Source of the DNA: a virus
Lineage: Duplodnaviria > Caudoviricetes
Direction: 5' to 3' (one strand)
Virus record (IMG/VR): IMGVR_UViG_3300009095_000046
Location: 1 to 31,117 of that record
DNA: 31,117 nt
Of this stretch, positions 17,363-25,371 are shown one piece after another (the stretch's first letter is position 1; every line of letters begins with the position of its first letter). A program made the translations under genes and the position numbers. The notes under the pieces are model-generated. The model did no database searches, was not told where the DNA came from, and saw nothing but the letters and a program-made list of their open reading frames with translations.

Positions 17363-18280
17363 ATGCAAATACTGTTAGAGAACGGGGTTCATGACATCCC
17401 AAACGATGTTTATCATTCCAGTGCCGGGGTGTCACGCTCTGGCCTTATGGAGTTAAAACGCTCGCCTTATCACTATTGGTACAAGTATTTAAATCCTGAC
17501 CGTGAGTATGAGAAGCCAACGCCAGCCATGAAAATTGGTGAATTGGTTCATGCAATGGTGCTTGAGCCTGAATACTTTGAAGAGCGTTATGTTGTACCGC
17601 CTGAGCTTGCGCCACTTCCAAAAGTAGCACTACTCAAGGATTTAGTTGCAGAGCTTGGCAAAGAGAAAGGGCGAGAAGAATACGAGATACAAAAGGCCGA
17701 GCGCGACCATATCGTTGAGGCCAACGAAATGGTTATGGCGAAATTTTCAAGCCAATCTGACTGCAAAGAGATTGTTAAACCAGAGCAGTACATAGAGGCT
17801 CGCGCCCTTGCTGATGCAGTGATGCGTGACCCTATGGCACAGCAATTGTTTTCAGATATGCAGCCAGAGAAAAGCATTTACTTCACGCATAAAGGTACTG
17901 GCTTACAATGTAAGGTTCGCCCCGATGCGTGGATGGGTTCAGTGATTACCGATTTAAAAACCTGTGTCGATGCCAGTAAACACGCATTCCAAGCAGCCGC
18001 TTATAAGTCAGGATACTTTATTCAAGCAGCCATGATGAAGCAAGCACTTGAATCAATTGGAATGAGCTTGGATGTATTTATATTTTTCTGTGTTGAAAAA
18101 ACACCAGCAAAAGCCTGTGTTCATTATCCAGTTGATGCCGAATCACTTTATAATGGCGAGCGTGAATTTGATGGGTTGATGTACAAACTTGCAGAGTGTT
18201 TGCAAAACAACACTTGGAATTCATACGAAACGGATTTTTTAACATACCCCACTTGGGCAAAATATGAGGTAGCACTATGA
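17363..18280 (+). CDS. recE: RecE/exonuclease VIII-like PD-(D/E)XK nuclease (DUF3799-like)
   Basis: YH...GVSRSGL, AMKIGELVHAMVLEPE, CKVRPD, DLKT, Y.IQAA and VEK motifs; adjacent to recT. Confidence 0.88.
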   Translation: MQILLENGVHDIPNDVYHSSAGVSRSGLMELKRSPYHYWYKYLNPDREYEKPTPAMKIGELVHAMVLEPEYFEERYVVPPELAPLPKVALLKDLVAELGKEKGREEYEIQKAERDHIVEANEMVMAKFSSQSDCKEIVKPEQYIEARALADAVMRDPMAQQLFSDMQPEKSIYFTHKGTGLQCKVRPDAWMGSVITDLKTCVDASKHAFQAAAYKSGYFIQAAMMKQALESIGMSLDVFIFFCVEKTPAKACVHYPVDAESLYNGEREFDGLMYKLAECLQNNTWNSYETDFLTYPTWAKYEVAL

Positions 18281-19173
18281 GCAACATGCAAAAAACTGGC
18301 AATAAAGCCTTGATGATGGCGAATCAAAAAACCGTCATGGGATTACTTGAGCAGATGAAAGGTGAGATTGCTCGCTGTTTGCCAAGTCATTTGACACCTG
18401 ACAGGATGGCCAGAATTGCCATGACTGAGCTTAGGAAAACCCCAAAGCTACAAGAGTGCGACCCTATGAGCTTTATTGCTGCAATCATGCAAGCCTCACA
18501 GCTTGGACTTGAGCCGGGCATTATGGGTTCTTGTTATTTAATTCCGTTCTTTAACTCAAAGCTAGGAAAGTTTGAGTGTACATTCATGCCGGGATATCGT
18601 GGGTTCTTAGACTTAGCCAGACGTTCCGGGCAAATTAAATCACTGGTAGCGCGTGCCGTGTATGAGAATGACGTATTTGAATATGAGTATGGACTTGAAG
18701 AGCGCGTCACTCATAAGCCAGCAATGGACGAAAGAGGCGAGCTTAAAGCGGTCTATGCCGTGGCACTCCTTAAAGATGGCGGTCATCAGTTTGAAGTCAT
18801 GAGCAAGCGCGAGATTGAGGCCGTGCGCTTAAAGTCTCAGGGTAAGAATGCTGGGCCTTGGACAGATTACTATGATGAAATGGCACGTAAAACTGTAGTG
18901 CGTAAACTCTTTAAATGGTTGCCTTGCTCAGTTGAAATGCAAAAAGCCGTGTCACTCGATGAACTGCAAGAGATTGGAAAGCAAAACATTAAGGCCGCAG
19001 CATCAGAAGAATTTGATATGGACTTTGTTATTGATGCAGAAACCGGGGAAGTAACCGAAGTGCCTAAGAGCAACAATCTTAATGACTTGATTGCCAAGAA
19101 CAAGGCCAAAGAGAAAGAGAAAGCGGTTGACCCTGAGACTGGCGAAGTATTGCCGGATGAATTACAAGGCTAA
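18277..19173 (+). CDS. recT: RecT single-strand annealing protein
   Basis: LP.HLTPDRMARIA.TE.RK.PKL..CDP.SF, QLGLEPG, GYRG..DLARRSGQI and PW....DEMARKTV motifs. Confidence 0.96.
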   Translation: MSNMQKTGNKALMMANQKTVMGLLEQMKGEIARCLPSHLTPDRMARIAMTELRKTPKLQECDPMSFIAAIMQASQLGLEPGIMGSCYLIPFFNSKLGKFECTFMPGYRGFLDLARRSGQIKSLVARAVYENDVFEYEYGLEERVTHKPAMDERGELKAVYAVALLKDGGHQFEVMSKREIEAVRLKSQGKNAGPWTDYYDEMARKTVVRKLFKWLPCSVEMQKAVSLDELQEIGKQNIKAAASEEFDMDFVIDAETGEVTEVPKSNNLNDLIAKNKAKEKEKAVDPETGEVLPDELQG

Positions 19174-19181
19174 CCATATCG

Positions 19182-19207
19182 AGGGCTTGCGTGTAATGGT
19201 AAGCCCT
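19182..19207 (+). terminator. Hairpin after recT (possible terminator or processing site)
   Basis: AGGGCTTGC / GTAAGCCCT stem with only a weak U-tract. Confidence 0.4.
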
Positions 19208-19232
19208 ATCATTTACTATCAGGTGTTATCAG

Positions 19233-19439
19233 ATGACAGAAGAAGAAAGAAACTTGCATAGTTATTTAGGTGATGGCGTTTATGCTTTTTTTGATGGCTA
19301 TGCAGTTAGATTAAGAACAGGCGATCATAGAGATACAGAATTTGATAATGAAATATTTTTAGAGCCGGAAGTTTTGGCCTCATTAAATAGCTTTTATGAG
19401 AGAGTAACTAAAAAGGACAGCTCTAATAATGCTTCCTAA
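19233..19439 (+). CDS. Hypothetical phage protein (YLGDGVY...IFLEPEV type)
   Basis: AGGTG RBS; recurring small phage protein motif as recalled. Confidence 0.7.
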   Translation: MTEEERNLHSYLGDGVYAFFDGYAVRLRTGDHRDTEFDNEIFLEPEVLASLNSFYERVTKKDSSNNAS

Positions 19440-19665
19440 AAATATTAGAGAGCTTAGACGCGAAGCAAAGCAAAGCCTAAAGGGAATGAAGCGCGTTTTA
19501 GATTTAATTGAGAAAATGTTGCAATCGGAGAACGCAGACAAGGTATGTGTAGCATCTGCGTTTTTTCAAATATTAAAACACCACATGGAGCAAGGCGATT
19601 TAAGTGCTGAGAATTTAAGCCTTGCAACCATGCTTAGAGGTGACGGAGAGGGTTTAGTAAAATGA
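19429..19665 (+). CDS. Hypothetical protein
   Basis: Coupled ORF with AAGGA RBS. Confidence 0.6.
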   Translation: MLPKNIRELRREAKQSLKGMKRVLDLIEKMLQSENADKVCVASAFFQILKHHMEQGDLSAENLSLATMLRGDGEGLVK

Positions 19666-19964
19666 AAAACATTTGCATGTGTGAAGAGCACACTAAAATG
19701 ATTCGTGAGTCATCAATGGATGACTTAATGAAAATGTCAAATTTCCAAACTGATTTTATAAGTCAGATTAACGTATTGATTGAAGGGTTAGACGATCCGC
19801 TTTTCACAATAGCCGCGCCTATATTGACCGGATTGGAAGGAACGCCAATCATTGAGATAGTGGAAAATTTTAAAAAGTATCGTGACAACGCCCAAAAGAT
19901 TTTTGATATCGTTCAAGAGGAAATTAAAAATCGATTGGATTTACCGCCAAGCCATAGGGGTTAA
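19662..19964 (+). CDS. Hypothetical protein
   Basis: ATGA-coupled ORF. Confidence 0.6.
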   Translation: MKNICMCEEHTKMIRESSMDDLMKMSNFQTDFISQINVLIEGLDDPLFTIAAPILTGLEGTPIIEIVENFKKYRDNAQKIFDIVQEEIKNRLDLPPSHRG

Positions 19965-19966
19965 TT

Positions 19967-20158
19967 ATGATAATCAGTGAAAAACAAGTCCACGAATTAA
20001 TGATGGTGGCACATATCTATTTAAGATTACTTGAAGACATTGCACGCAACCAACCTGATGCGCTTTCAGATTGCGGCAATAAAAATAAAATGCATGTGGC
20101 TACTTTGCTTCAAACGATTGAGAGTCAGCAGCCCGTTGTAAATATGGTAATTCAATGA
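19967..20158 (+). CDS. Hypothetical protein
   Basis: AGGGG RBS; tightly packed with neighbours. Confidence 0.6.
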   Translation: MIISEKQVHELMMVAHIYLRLLEDIARNQPDALSDCGNKNKMHVATLLQTIESQQPVVNMVIQ

Positions 20159-20340
20159 GTGGTTTTAAACAACATGAGCCGCAGATTAAAGGCGTAAAGA
20201 ATTGCCATGAATGCAACAAAGAAACCAAGCAAGATATTTTTGTTATTGATTATGGAAGAAAAAAGAAACGCGATGAACCCGGGCTAACTGAATGCGTTGC
20301 CTGTATGGACTGCAAAATAATTTATGAGGTAATAGCATAA
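20155..20340 (+). CDS. Small Zn-ribbon protein
   Basis: CHEC ... CMDC. Confidence 0.6.
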   Translation: MSGFKQHEPQIKGVKNCHECNKETKQDIFVIDYGRKKKRDEPGLTECVACMDCKIIYEVIA

Positions 20341-20561
20341 TGAGCGAGATTAGATTTTTAATTACATACGATGCGTTTTCAAATGACCTGTATATTCCAA
20401 TCAACAGGATTCAATATATTCAAACAGGATTTGAACACAATAGATATTTTATTCATATAAAAATGATTAATGAAAAGGACGGTTATGAAGAGCGCTTTGA
20501 TAATGAGCAGGATATGGAAATAAGAATGGATAAAATTAGAAGCATTTTAGGTGCAAGATGA
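20340..20561 (+). CDS. Hypothetical protein
   Basis: TAATG overlap and GAGG RBS. Confidence 0.6.
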   Translation: MSEIRFLITYDAFSNDLYIPINRIQYIQTGFEHNRYFIHIKMINEKDGYEERFDNEQDMEIRMDKIRSILGAR

Positions 20562-20860
20562 ATGACTTTACTAAAGAAGAGCTAAACTTTATATGGCAAA
20601 GATTGGCAATAGCAGATTACTCAAACTTTAAAGACATGGCCGAATTACCAAATAAAGTATGCGCAATGATTAATAACTATTGCGAACAAAATCCTAACAA
20701 GCCAAACTTTACCCAAGACCAAAAGAATTTTATTTGTTATAAAATTGGAGACTGGTACTTAATGATGAAACCTTTATTGGAAGGTCAGCATAATTTAGGA
20801 TATATGAAGGAGAAATTAAAAATAATGGTTTGTGATGACGAGATGCTCATAAATTGTTAA
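20558..20860 (+). CDS. Hypothetical protein
   Basis: ATGA-coupled. Internal similarity NDFTKEELNFI / PNFTQDQKNFI. Confidence 0.6.
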   Translation: MNDFTKEELNFIWQRLAIADYSNFKDMAELPNKVCAMINNYCEQNPNKPNFTQDQKNFICYKIGDWYLMMKPLLEGQHNLGYMKEKLKIMVCDDEMLINC

Positions 20861-20900
20861 GTCTGATTATTAGAATAACCAGACATAAGGCTAAAACTGT

Positions 20901-20966
20901 ATGATACTAATACCAATATGTGCAGTACTTATTCTAATTGTACTTTTAGTGATAATCGATTGGTGA
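20901..20966 (+). CDS. 21-aa hydrophobic peptide MILIPICAVLILIVLLVIIDW
   Basis: Read manually. TAAGG 10 nt upstream; the peptide is a single TM helix. Confidence 0.45.
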   Translation: MILIPICAVLILIVLLVIIDW

Positions 20967-21061
20967 CCCCAACAAATTGATATTATTTTGTACATGGTAT
21001 TTTAGATTTAAGCATATTCAAAAAGATTTTTTACTAATCAACTTGATTTTAATTTAATCTA

Positions 21062-21090
21062 TTAAATTGAATCTAATAAAATGCTATAAT
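21062..21090 (+). promoter_or_regulatory. Extended -10 promoter
   Basis: TGcTATAAT (21082-21090) with TTAAAT at the -35 position and AT-rich upstream DNA. Confidence 0.65.
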
Positions 21091-21174
21091 AAATCGCACC
21101 CTTTCGCGGATAGACTCGCCAACAAGTGGAGCTGCGTAGTATGTAAGTGGTGCGTTAACTTAAAAGGATGAATA

Positions 21175-21426
21175 ATGTTACCTGATAACCGATTGGATTT
21201 TATTACAAGCATTGACCCTGAATTTATTAATATGATGACAGGAGCACGTGCTGATTTTATTAAAATGGATGACGAGCTTAGAAAGCTAAGCGATTTAACC
21301 GAAGCCCAAAGAGAAGGAGTAAACCGCCTTATCTCTTTAGCAAGAACCAATATTGAAACCGCTTGCATGTACACCATCAAAGCATTGTGCTTGATGGGTG
21401 AGAAACAAACGGAGAACGCAGAATGA
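21175..21426 (+). CDS. acb2: Acb2/Tad1-hairpin-like cyclic nucleotide sponge (anti-defence)
   Basis: IDPEFINMM...NRLISLARTNIETACMYTIKAL parallels Acb2 as recalled (LSQEEIDMM...[21 protein letters not shown]). Similar size and two-helix layout. Confidence 0.62.
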   Translation: MLPDNRLDFITSIDPEFINMMTGARADFIKMDDELRKLSDLTEAQREGVNRLISLARTNIETACMYTIKALCLMGEKQTENAE

Positions 21427-21605
21427 GCAAGGAAAAAAAAGAGCAAGTACCTTCCTGTGAACGTCACACCTACATAATCACAGGCTCAATTACAAAAGGC
21501 GGTCATGAAAAAGCAACTCATGTTAGATGCGCTCATTGCCTAAAGCCTGTTGATTTAGAATCGCTCGAAAGCAAAGAATGGGCAGACGCGAATGTCAAAT
21601 CTTAA
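21423..21605 (+). CDS. Small putative Zn-binding protein
   Basis: CERH ... CAHC; ATGA-coupled. Confidence 0.6.
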   Translation: MSKEKKEQVPSCERHTYIITGSITKGGHEKATHVRCAHCLKPVDLESLESKEWADANVKS

Positions 21606-21747
21606 ATCAAGAGTTGATAAGCTCTACCGTGGAAGCATAAGCCCTATCACGAGTGTTATCAAAATCGTGAAGGGCGAAACAGTCTTGAAGGAATCAAAGA
21701 CAGGGAACAATAAACAGAAGGTGATCGAAATTGTGGTTAGAATCTGA
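21592..21747 (+). CDS. Hypothetical 51-aa basic protein
   Basis: Read manually: MSNLKSRVDKLYRG...KVIEIVVRI. Fills the gap and overlaps both neighbours. Confidence 0.55.
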   Translation: MSNLKSRVDKLYRGSISPITSVIKIVKGETVLKESKTGNNKQKVIEIVVRI

Positions 21748-22288
21748 GCCTACACGAGAAATTTTTTTAGTATTTATGAATACCGAATTTCCATTATCTT
21801 ATTTATTCAAAGATGGATTCAAGCACGTATATTCAATTGAGAGACAAGCCCTTGGATGGCTTTGCACAGACCCTTCAAAGAGTGATTTATACACCTACAT
21901 ACTTCCAGCAACCTATCACTCAGAGGTAATGGATGAATTTAAAAGACAAAATCCAACCTTCACTATATTGCATCTCAAAGTCAAACCACATTGTCAAGCT
22001 GTTTTTCCGTCAATAGGTGTTCTTTCTTGCGTTACTGCAATACAATATATGCTTGGGGTGTACTGGCCTTTCATATTTACCCCTTACCAATTGTATAATA
22101 GGATAAAGCGTAAACCGCCTAAACACATTGAGGTGATAGAATGTCACGACATAAAGTCCATGCAGCACAAAGGGAAGCACAAGCAGCAGCAGCAGCCGCA
22201 GACAGTGCAAGGCAAGATCTTGAAGCCCAAACGAAAATCGAAAAAGAAAGACAAAACCGCGAGAAACTCAAGGCACAGCGCGTTTTAA
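21731..22288 (+). CDS. Putative permuted papain-like (NlpC/P60-type) hydrolase
   Basis: His motif GFKHV precedes Cys motif LSCV, followed by TPYQLY. The C-terminal ~50 aa overlap the next gene. Confidence 0.5.
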   Translation: MWLESEPTREIFLVFMNTEFPLSYLFKDGFKHVYSIERQALGWLCTDPSKSDLYTYILPATYHSEVMDEFKRQNPTFTILHLKVKPHCQAVFPSIGVLSCVTAIQYMLGVYWPFIFTPYQLYNRIKRKPPKHIEVIECHDIKSMQHKGKHKQQQQPQTVQGKILKPKRKSKKKDKTARNSRHSAF

Positions 22289-22374
22289 TGCGCTCGTTAC
22301 GTGCCGCATCAGGTGGTTATTTTGAAACCGATACACCCGGAACAACGCTAGGTGGTTCAGGAGTGATTGGATAA
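22141..22374 (+). CDS. Small virion-associated protein upstream of the portal
   Basis: GAGGTG RBS. Ala-rich coiled coil ending TLGG, with a TAATG overlap into the portal, as is usual in podoviruses. Confidence 0.7.
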   Translation: MSRHKVHAAQREAQAAAAAADSARQDLEAQTKIEKERQNREKLKAQRVLMRSLRAASGGYFETDTPGTTLGGSGVIG

Positions 22375-24032
22375 TGGCCGATTATAGAAAGCTGCTCAAT
22401 AAGCGCGACAACACAAAATTATTTGAAGAAATCCGCAAGGAAACAAAACCTAAGCTGGATGTTAAAAAAGTTGTACGAATGCGCAGTGATGCAAAGACCG
22501 AACTTGACCTTTGGCGCAGCATTCTACAAACAGCCTATCACTATGCAATGCCTGACTATAACCCTTTTGAGAATATGGGATTAGCAGGATTTTTAACCCC
22601 CGGTCAGCAATACGATGCCGACATTTACGACTTAACCCTACCCATTGCCCACAAACGATTAGCCGACAAAATGCTGATGAACATGGTGCCTCAAGGTCAG
22701 CAGTGGTGCAAATTCAAGCCCGGTGATGCCTTTGGAGAGGAAGGAACTTCCGACTACCAACGCGCACTTGAAGCAACCCAAAAGATGACGGATCACTTTT
22801 TCAAAATACTTGACCGCTCAAACTTTTATCTAGCTGTTGGTGAGAGCTTGCAAGACGCCCTTATCTCAACCGGAGTTATGGCAATCAATGAGGGAACAAA
22901 GAAAAATCCATTGCGCTATGAAGCAGTTCCCCCGGCTCAAGTGATGTTCAGGGGTAATGCCCTTGGTGAGATTGACGGGATATTTAGAGACTGGTATCAA
23001 ATACGGGTTGAGAATATCAAAGCCATGTGGTCATGGATTAAAGACGAAGACATTGCCAAGCTCAAGAAAAAACCTGATGACAAAATTGATATATGGGAAA
23101 ATGCTTGGGTTGATTATGATGCCCCAGACGAAGAACGTTATAAATACGTCATTATGTCATCAAGCCTTATTGTATTAAGCGACCAATCCCATAGCTCTTG
23201 GCCTTGGGTAACGTATCGAATGAGGCGACTAACGGGCGAGATTCGAGGCCGTGGCCCAAGTCTTTGCGCCTATCCAACAGCCGCAACAATTAATCAGGCG
23301 GTTGAAGACGAACTGGTTGCAGCAGCATTTCAAGCAAACCCGATGTATATGGCGGCTTCCGACTCAGCCTTTAACCAGCAAACATTTACGCCAAGACCCG
23401 GTTCAATCGTTCCTGTACAAATGATTCAAGGCGAATGGCCTATAAAACCGTTCGAGCAATCAGGTAACATTCAATTCAACGCCTTAATCGTTAATGACTT
23501 TAGACAACAAATAAACGATATGATGTATGCGTTCCCACTTGGTCAAGTCAATGCGCCAAATCGAACCGCAACAGAGGCAGAGATTCGCTACACTGATAAT
23601 CTTGAGAGCTTTGCGGCTATGGTTCCAAGATTGCAAAATGAATTTTTTATCCCGGTAATACAGCGCACTCTATGGGTAATTAATAAAGTATTGCCTGATA
23701 CCTTTGCAAATATTCCCCCAGACATTAAAGAAAAAATCATTGCAGCCGATGGACAGATAATCAATCTATCGTTTGAGACTCCATTAATGACAGCTAAAGG
23801 CAAGGTTAAGACTGGCGCATTGCTTGGTTACTATCAAGCCGCAGCCTCAATGCTTGGCCAAGAAGCCGCTACAGCCTCACTAAACCCTGTCAATGTAATA
23901 ACTGAGCTTGCAGACAATGAGGGCGTGGATATATCAAACATTAAAACCCGTGAAGAGCTTGAACAATTGGTGCAAGCAGCCGGGCAAATGGCCGAGCAAG
24001 AAGCCGAACAACAAGGGGTAGAGATTGAATAA
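22374..24032 (+). CDS. Portal (head-tail connector), podovirus type
   Basis: 552 aa with YD.T, RSNFY, GE.RGRGP and RTATE motifs of T7 gp8/BPP-1-like portals. Confidence 0.95.
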   Translation: MADYRKLLNKRDNTKLFEEIRKETKPKLDVKKVVRMRSDAKTELDLWRSILQTAYHYAMPDYNPFENMGLAGFLTPGQQYDADIYDLTLPIAHKRLADKMLMNMVPQGQQWCKFKPGDAFGEEGTSDYQRALEATQKMTDHFFKILDRSNFYLAVGESLQDALISTGVMAINEGTKKNPLRYEAVPPAQVMFRGNALGEIDGIFRDWYQIRVENIKAMWSWIKDEDIAKLKKKPDDKIDIWENAWVDYDAPDEERYKYVIMSSSLIVLSDQSHSSWPWVTYRMRRLTGEIRGRGPSLCAYPTAATINQAVEDELVAAAFQANPMYMAASDSAFNQQTFTPRPGSIVPVQMIQGEWPIKPFEQSGNIQFNALIVNDFRQQINDMMYAFPLGQVNAPNRTATEAEIRYTDNLESFAAMVPRLQNEFFIPVIQRTLWVINKVLPDTFANIPPDIKEKIIAADGQIINLSFETPLMTAKGKVKTGALLGYYQAAASMLGQEAATASLNPVNVITELADNEGVDISNIKTREELEQLVQAAGQMAEQEAEQQGVEIE

Positions 24033-24363
24033 TGAGGATGTAAAAAGCAGCTTTAGCCCGTTAGAGGTTGAGGATGCACGCTGGTTTGAACTGTTTAATC
24101 ATCTTTGCTATGAGGTTTTTTATAAAAACGAATACGGCAAAAAGATGCTCGCACTATTGGAAAATAAATATTTCAGGAGCCCGGTAGCATCCCCAGCCCG
24201 TGAACCTTCATGGGCTTACTTTAATGAGGGAAGGAATGAATTGATTCGAGCATTTACCCACGGAATTCAATCGCATCTATTGGGTGAACATGCCAAAGCA
24301 AATGCCAAGAAAAATCCATTGCCAAGAAGGGCAAGAGTAAAACCAATACCAAATGAGGGATAA
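24025..24363 (+). CDS. Bbp19-like protein
   Basis: F....GKK.L..L ... AYFNEGRNELI pattern, located between portal and scaffold. Confidence 0.7.
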   Translation: MNNEDVKSSFSPLEVEDARWFELFNHLCYEVFYKNEYGKKMLALLENKYFRSPVASPAREPSWAYFNEGRNELIRAFTHGIQSHLLGEHAKANAKKNPLPRRARVKPIPNEG

Positions 24364-25180
24364 TATGCACGTTAACGATCAGTCAGCAACCACACCTGAT
24401 ACGATGCCTGATGCACAATCAGCGACACAAGAAAGTGCTCAAAGTCTACCGAACGAAACCAAATCGGTTGAGAGCAATTCCAATTCGGTTACAAATTCAG
24501 ACACCAACAGTACTGACAAAACCGACACAAGCGAGACTAAAGAGCCTGAAACACCCGATTGGTTCATGAAAGACAAATTTAAATCGGTTGAAGACCAAGC
24601 CAAATCCTATAAAGATTTAGTGGGTAAGATGGGCAAGTATTGGGGAAGCCCAGAGGACAATTACAAGCCTGATGGCATTGAAGGACTTGAAGAAAATGAC
24701 CCGTTAGTTGCCGCATTAACCCCAGCACTTAAAGAGCTAGGCATATCTCAAGAAGGATTCGCGCACTTGGTTAATGGCTACATGGCCGCTAATAAAGAGA
24801 TGCTTAAAGGCTTTGAAGAGAACCTGAGACAGACTTTAACAACGACTGATGCACACACCTATCAAGCCGTTGATAAATGGATGAATGATAATCTATCCAA
24901 AGAAGAGGCCATGCAAGTTAAGAACAACTGGCTCATGACCCCAGAAGACTTCAAGCTCTTTAATCAATTGCGTTTAATGGCCGCACCTTCCACAAATGTT
25001 CCAAACCAAGGTAATGCTGGCGTGACCTTTGAATCATCCGAAGCGGTCACAAATGAAAAGGTTAAATACAAACAGGAAGTCAAGCAGGGAATTCGAGTCA
25101 AAGACAAAAACTTTGAGAACGAATTATCCGCAAGACACCGGGATGCAGTCGCTAGAGAAATTCGCCAAAAACAAAGATAG
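24353..25180 (+). CDS. Capsid assembly scaffolding protein
   Basis: Acidic disordered N-terminus, P.W...KFKSVED.AKSY..L motif, and position before the capsid gene. Confidence 0.85.
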   Translation: MRDNMHVNDQSATTPDTMPDAQSATQESAQSLPNETKSVESNSNSVTNSDTNSTDKTDTSETKEPETPDWFMKDKFKSVEDQAKSYKDLVGKMGKYWGSPEDNYKPDGIEGLEENDPLVAALTPALKELGISQEGFAHLVNGYMAANKEMLKGFEENLRQTLTTTDAHTYQAVDKWMNDNLSKEEAMQVKNNWLMTPEDFKLFNQLRLMAAPSTNVPNQGNAGVTFESSEAVTNEKVKYKQEVKQGIRVKDKNFENELSARHRDAVAREIRQKQR

Positions 25181-25185
25181 ACCCC

Positions 25186-25213
25186 TTGAAACCTTTATGG
25201 CTTGTGCTATTAT
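25186..25213 (+). promoter_or_regulatory. Sigma70 promoter for the capsid gene
   Basis: TTGAAA-16-TATTAT with an extended TG. Confidence 0.6.
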
Positions 25214-25220
25214 GAAAGTA

Positions 25221-25349
25221 ATTTACACAAGCCTGAACTAGGTTGGACACCTTCACTTAAACGTTTTGCTGCACTTAGTAAAACGATTTATCTGCAAGCC
25301 TGACGGATTGTTTGGACACCTTGATTGTAAACAAATGGGATTTTGTTTA
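25221..25349 (+). ncRNA. Structured cis-regulatory leader of the major capsid gene with a duplicated motif
   Basis: CAAGCCTGA...TTGGACACCTT occurs twice, flanking a 9-bp hairpin and enclosed by TTTACA/TGTAAA. Confidence 0.6.
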
Positions 25350-25371
25350 TTAATTAATTGGAGTCACAATC

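Noticed and set aside
19024-19150. Repeated D.ETGEV motif in the RecT tail as a novelty
   Set aside because: This acidic tail motif is common in phage annealing proteins.
21095-21154. tRNA gene
   Set aside because: No cloverleaf, T-loop consensus or CCA arrangement could be fitted.
21084-21467. 127-aa minus-strand ORF
   Set aside because: It is antisense to the better supported Acb2-like gene and its promoter.
25029-25241. 70-aa ORF spanning the scaffold end
   Set aside because: It overlaps the scaffold out of frame and runs through the capsid promoter; no supporting signal.
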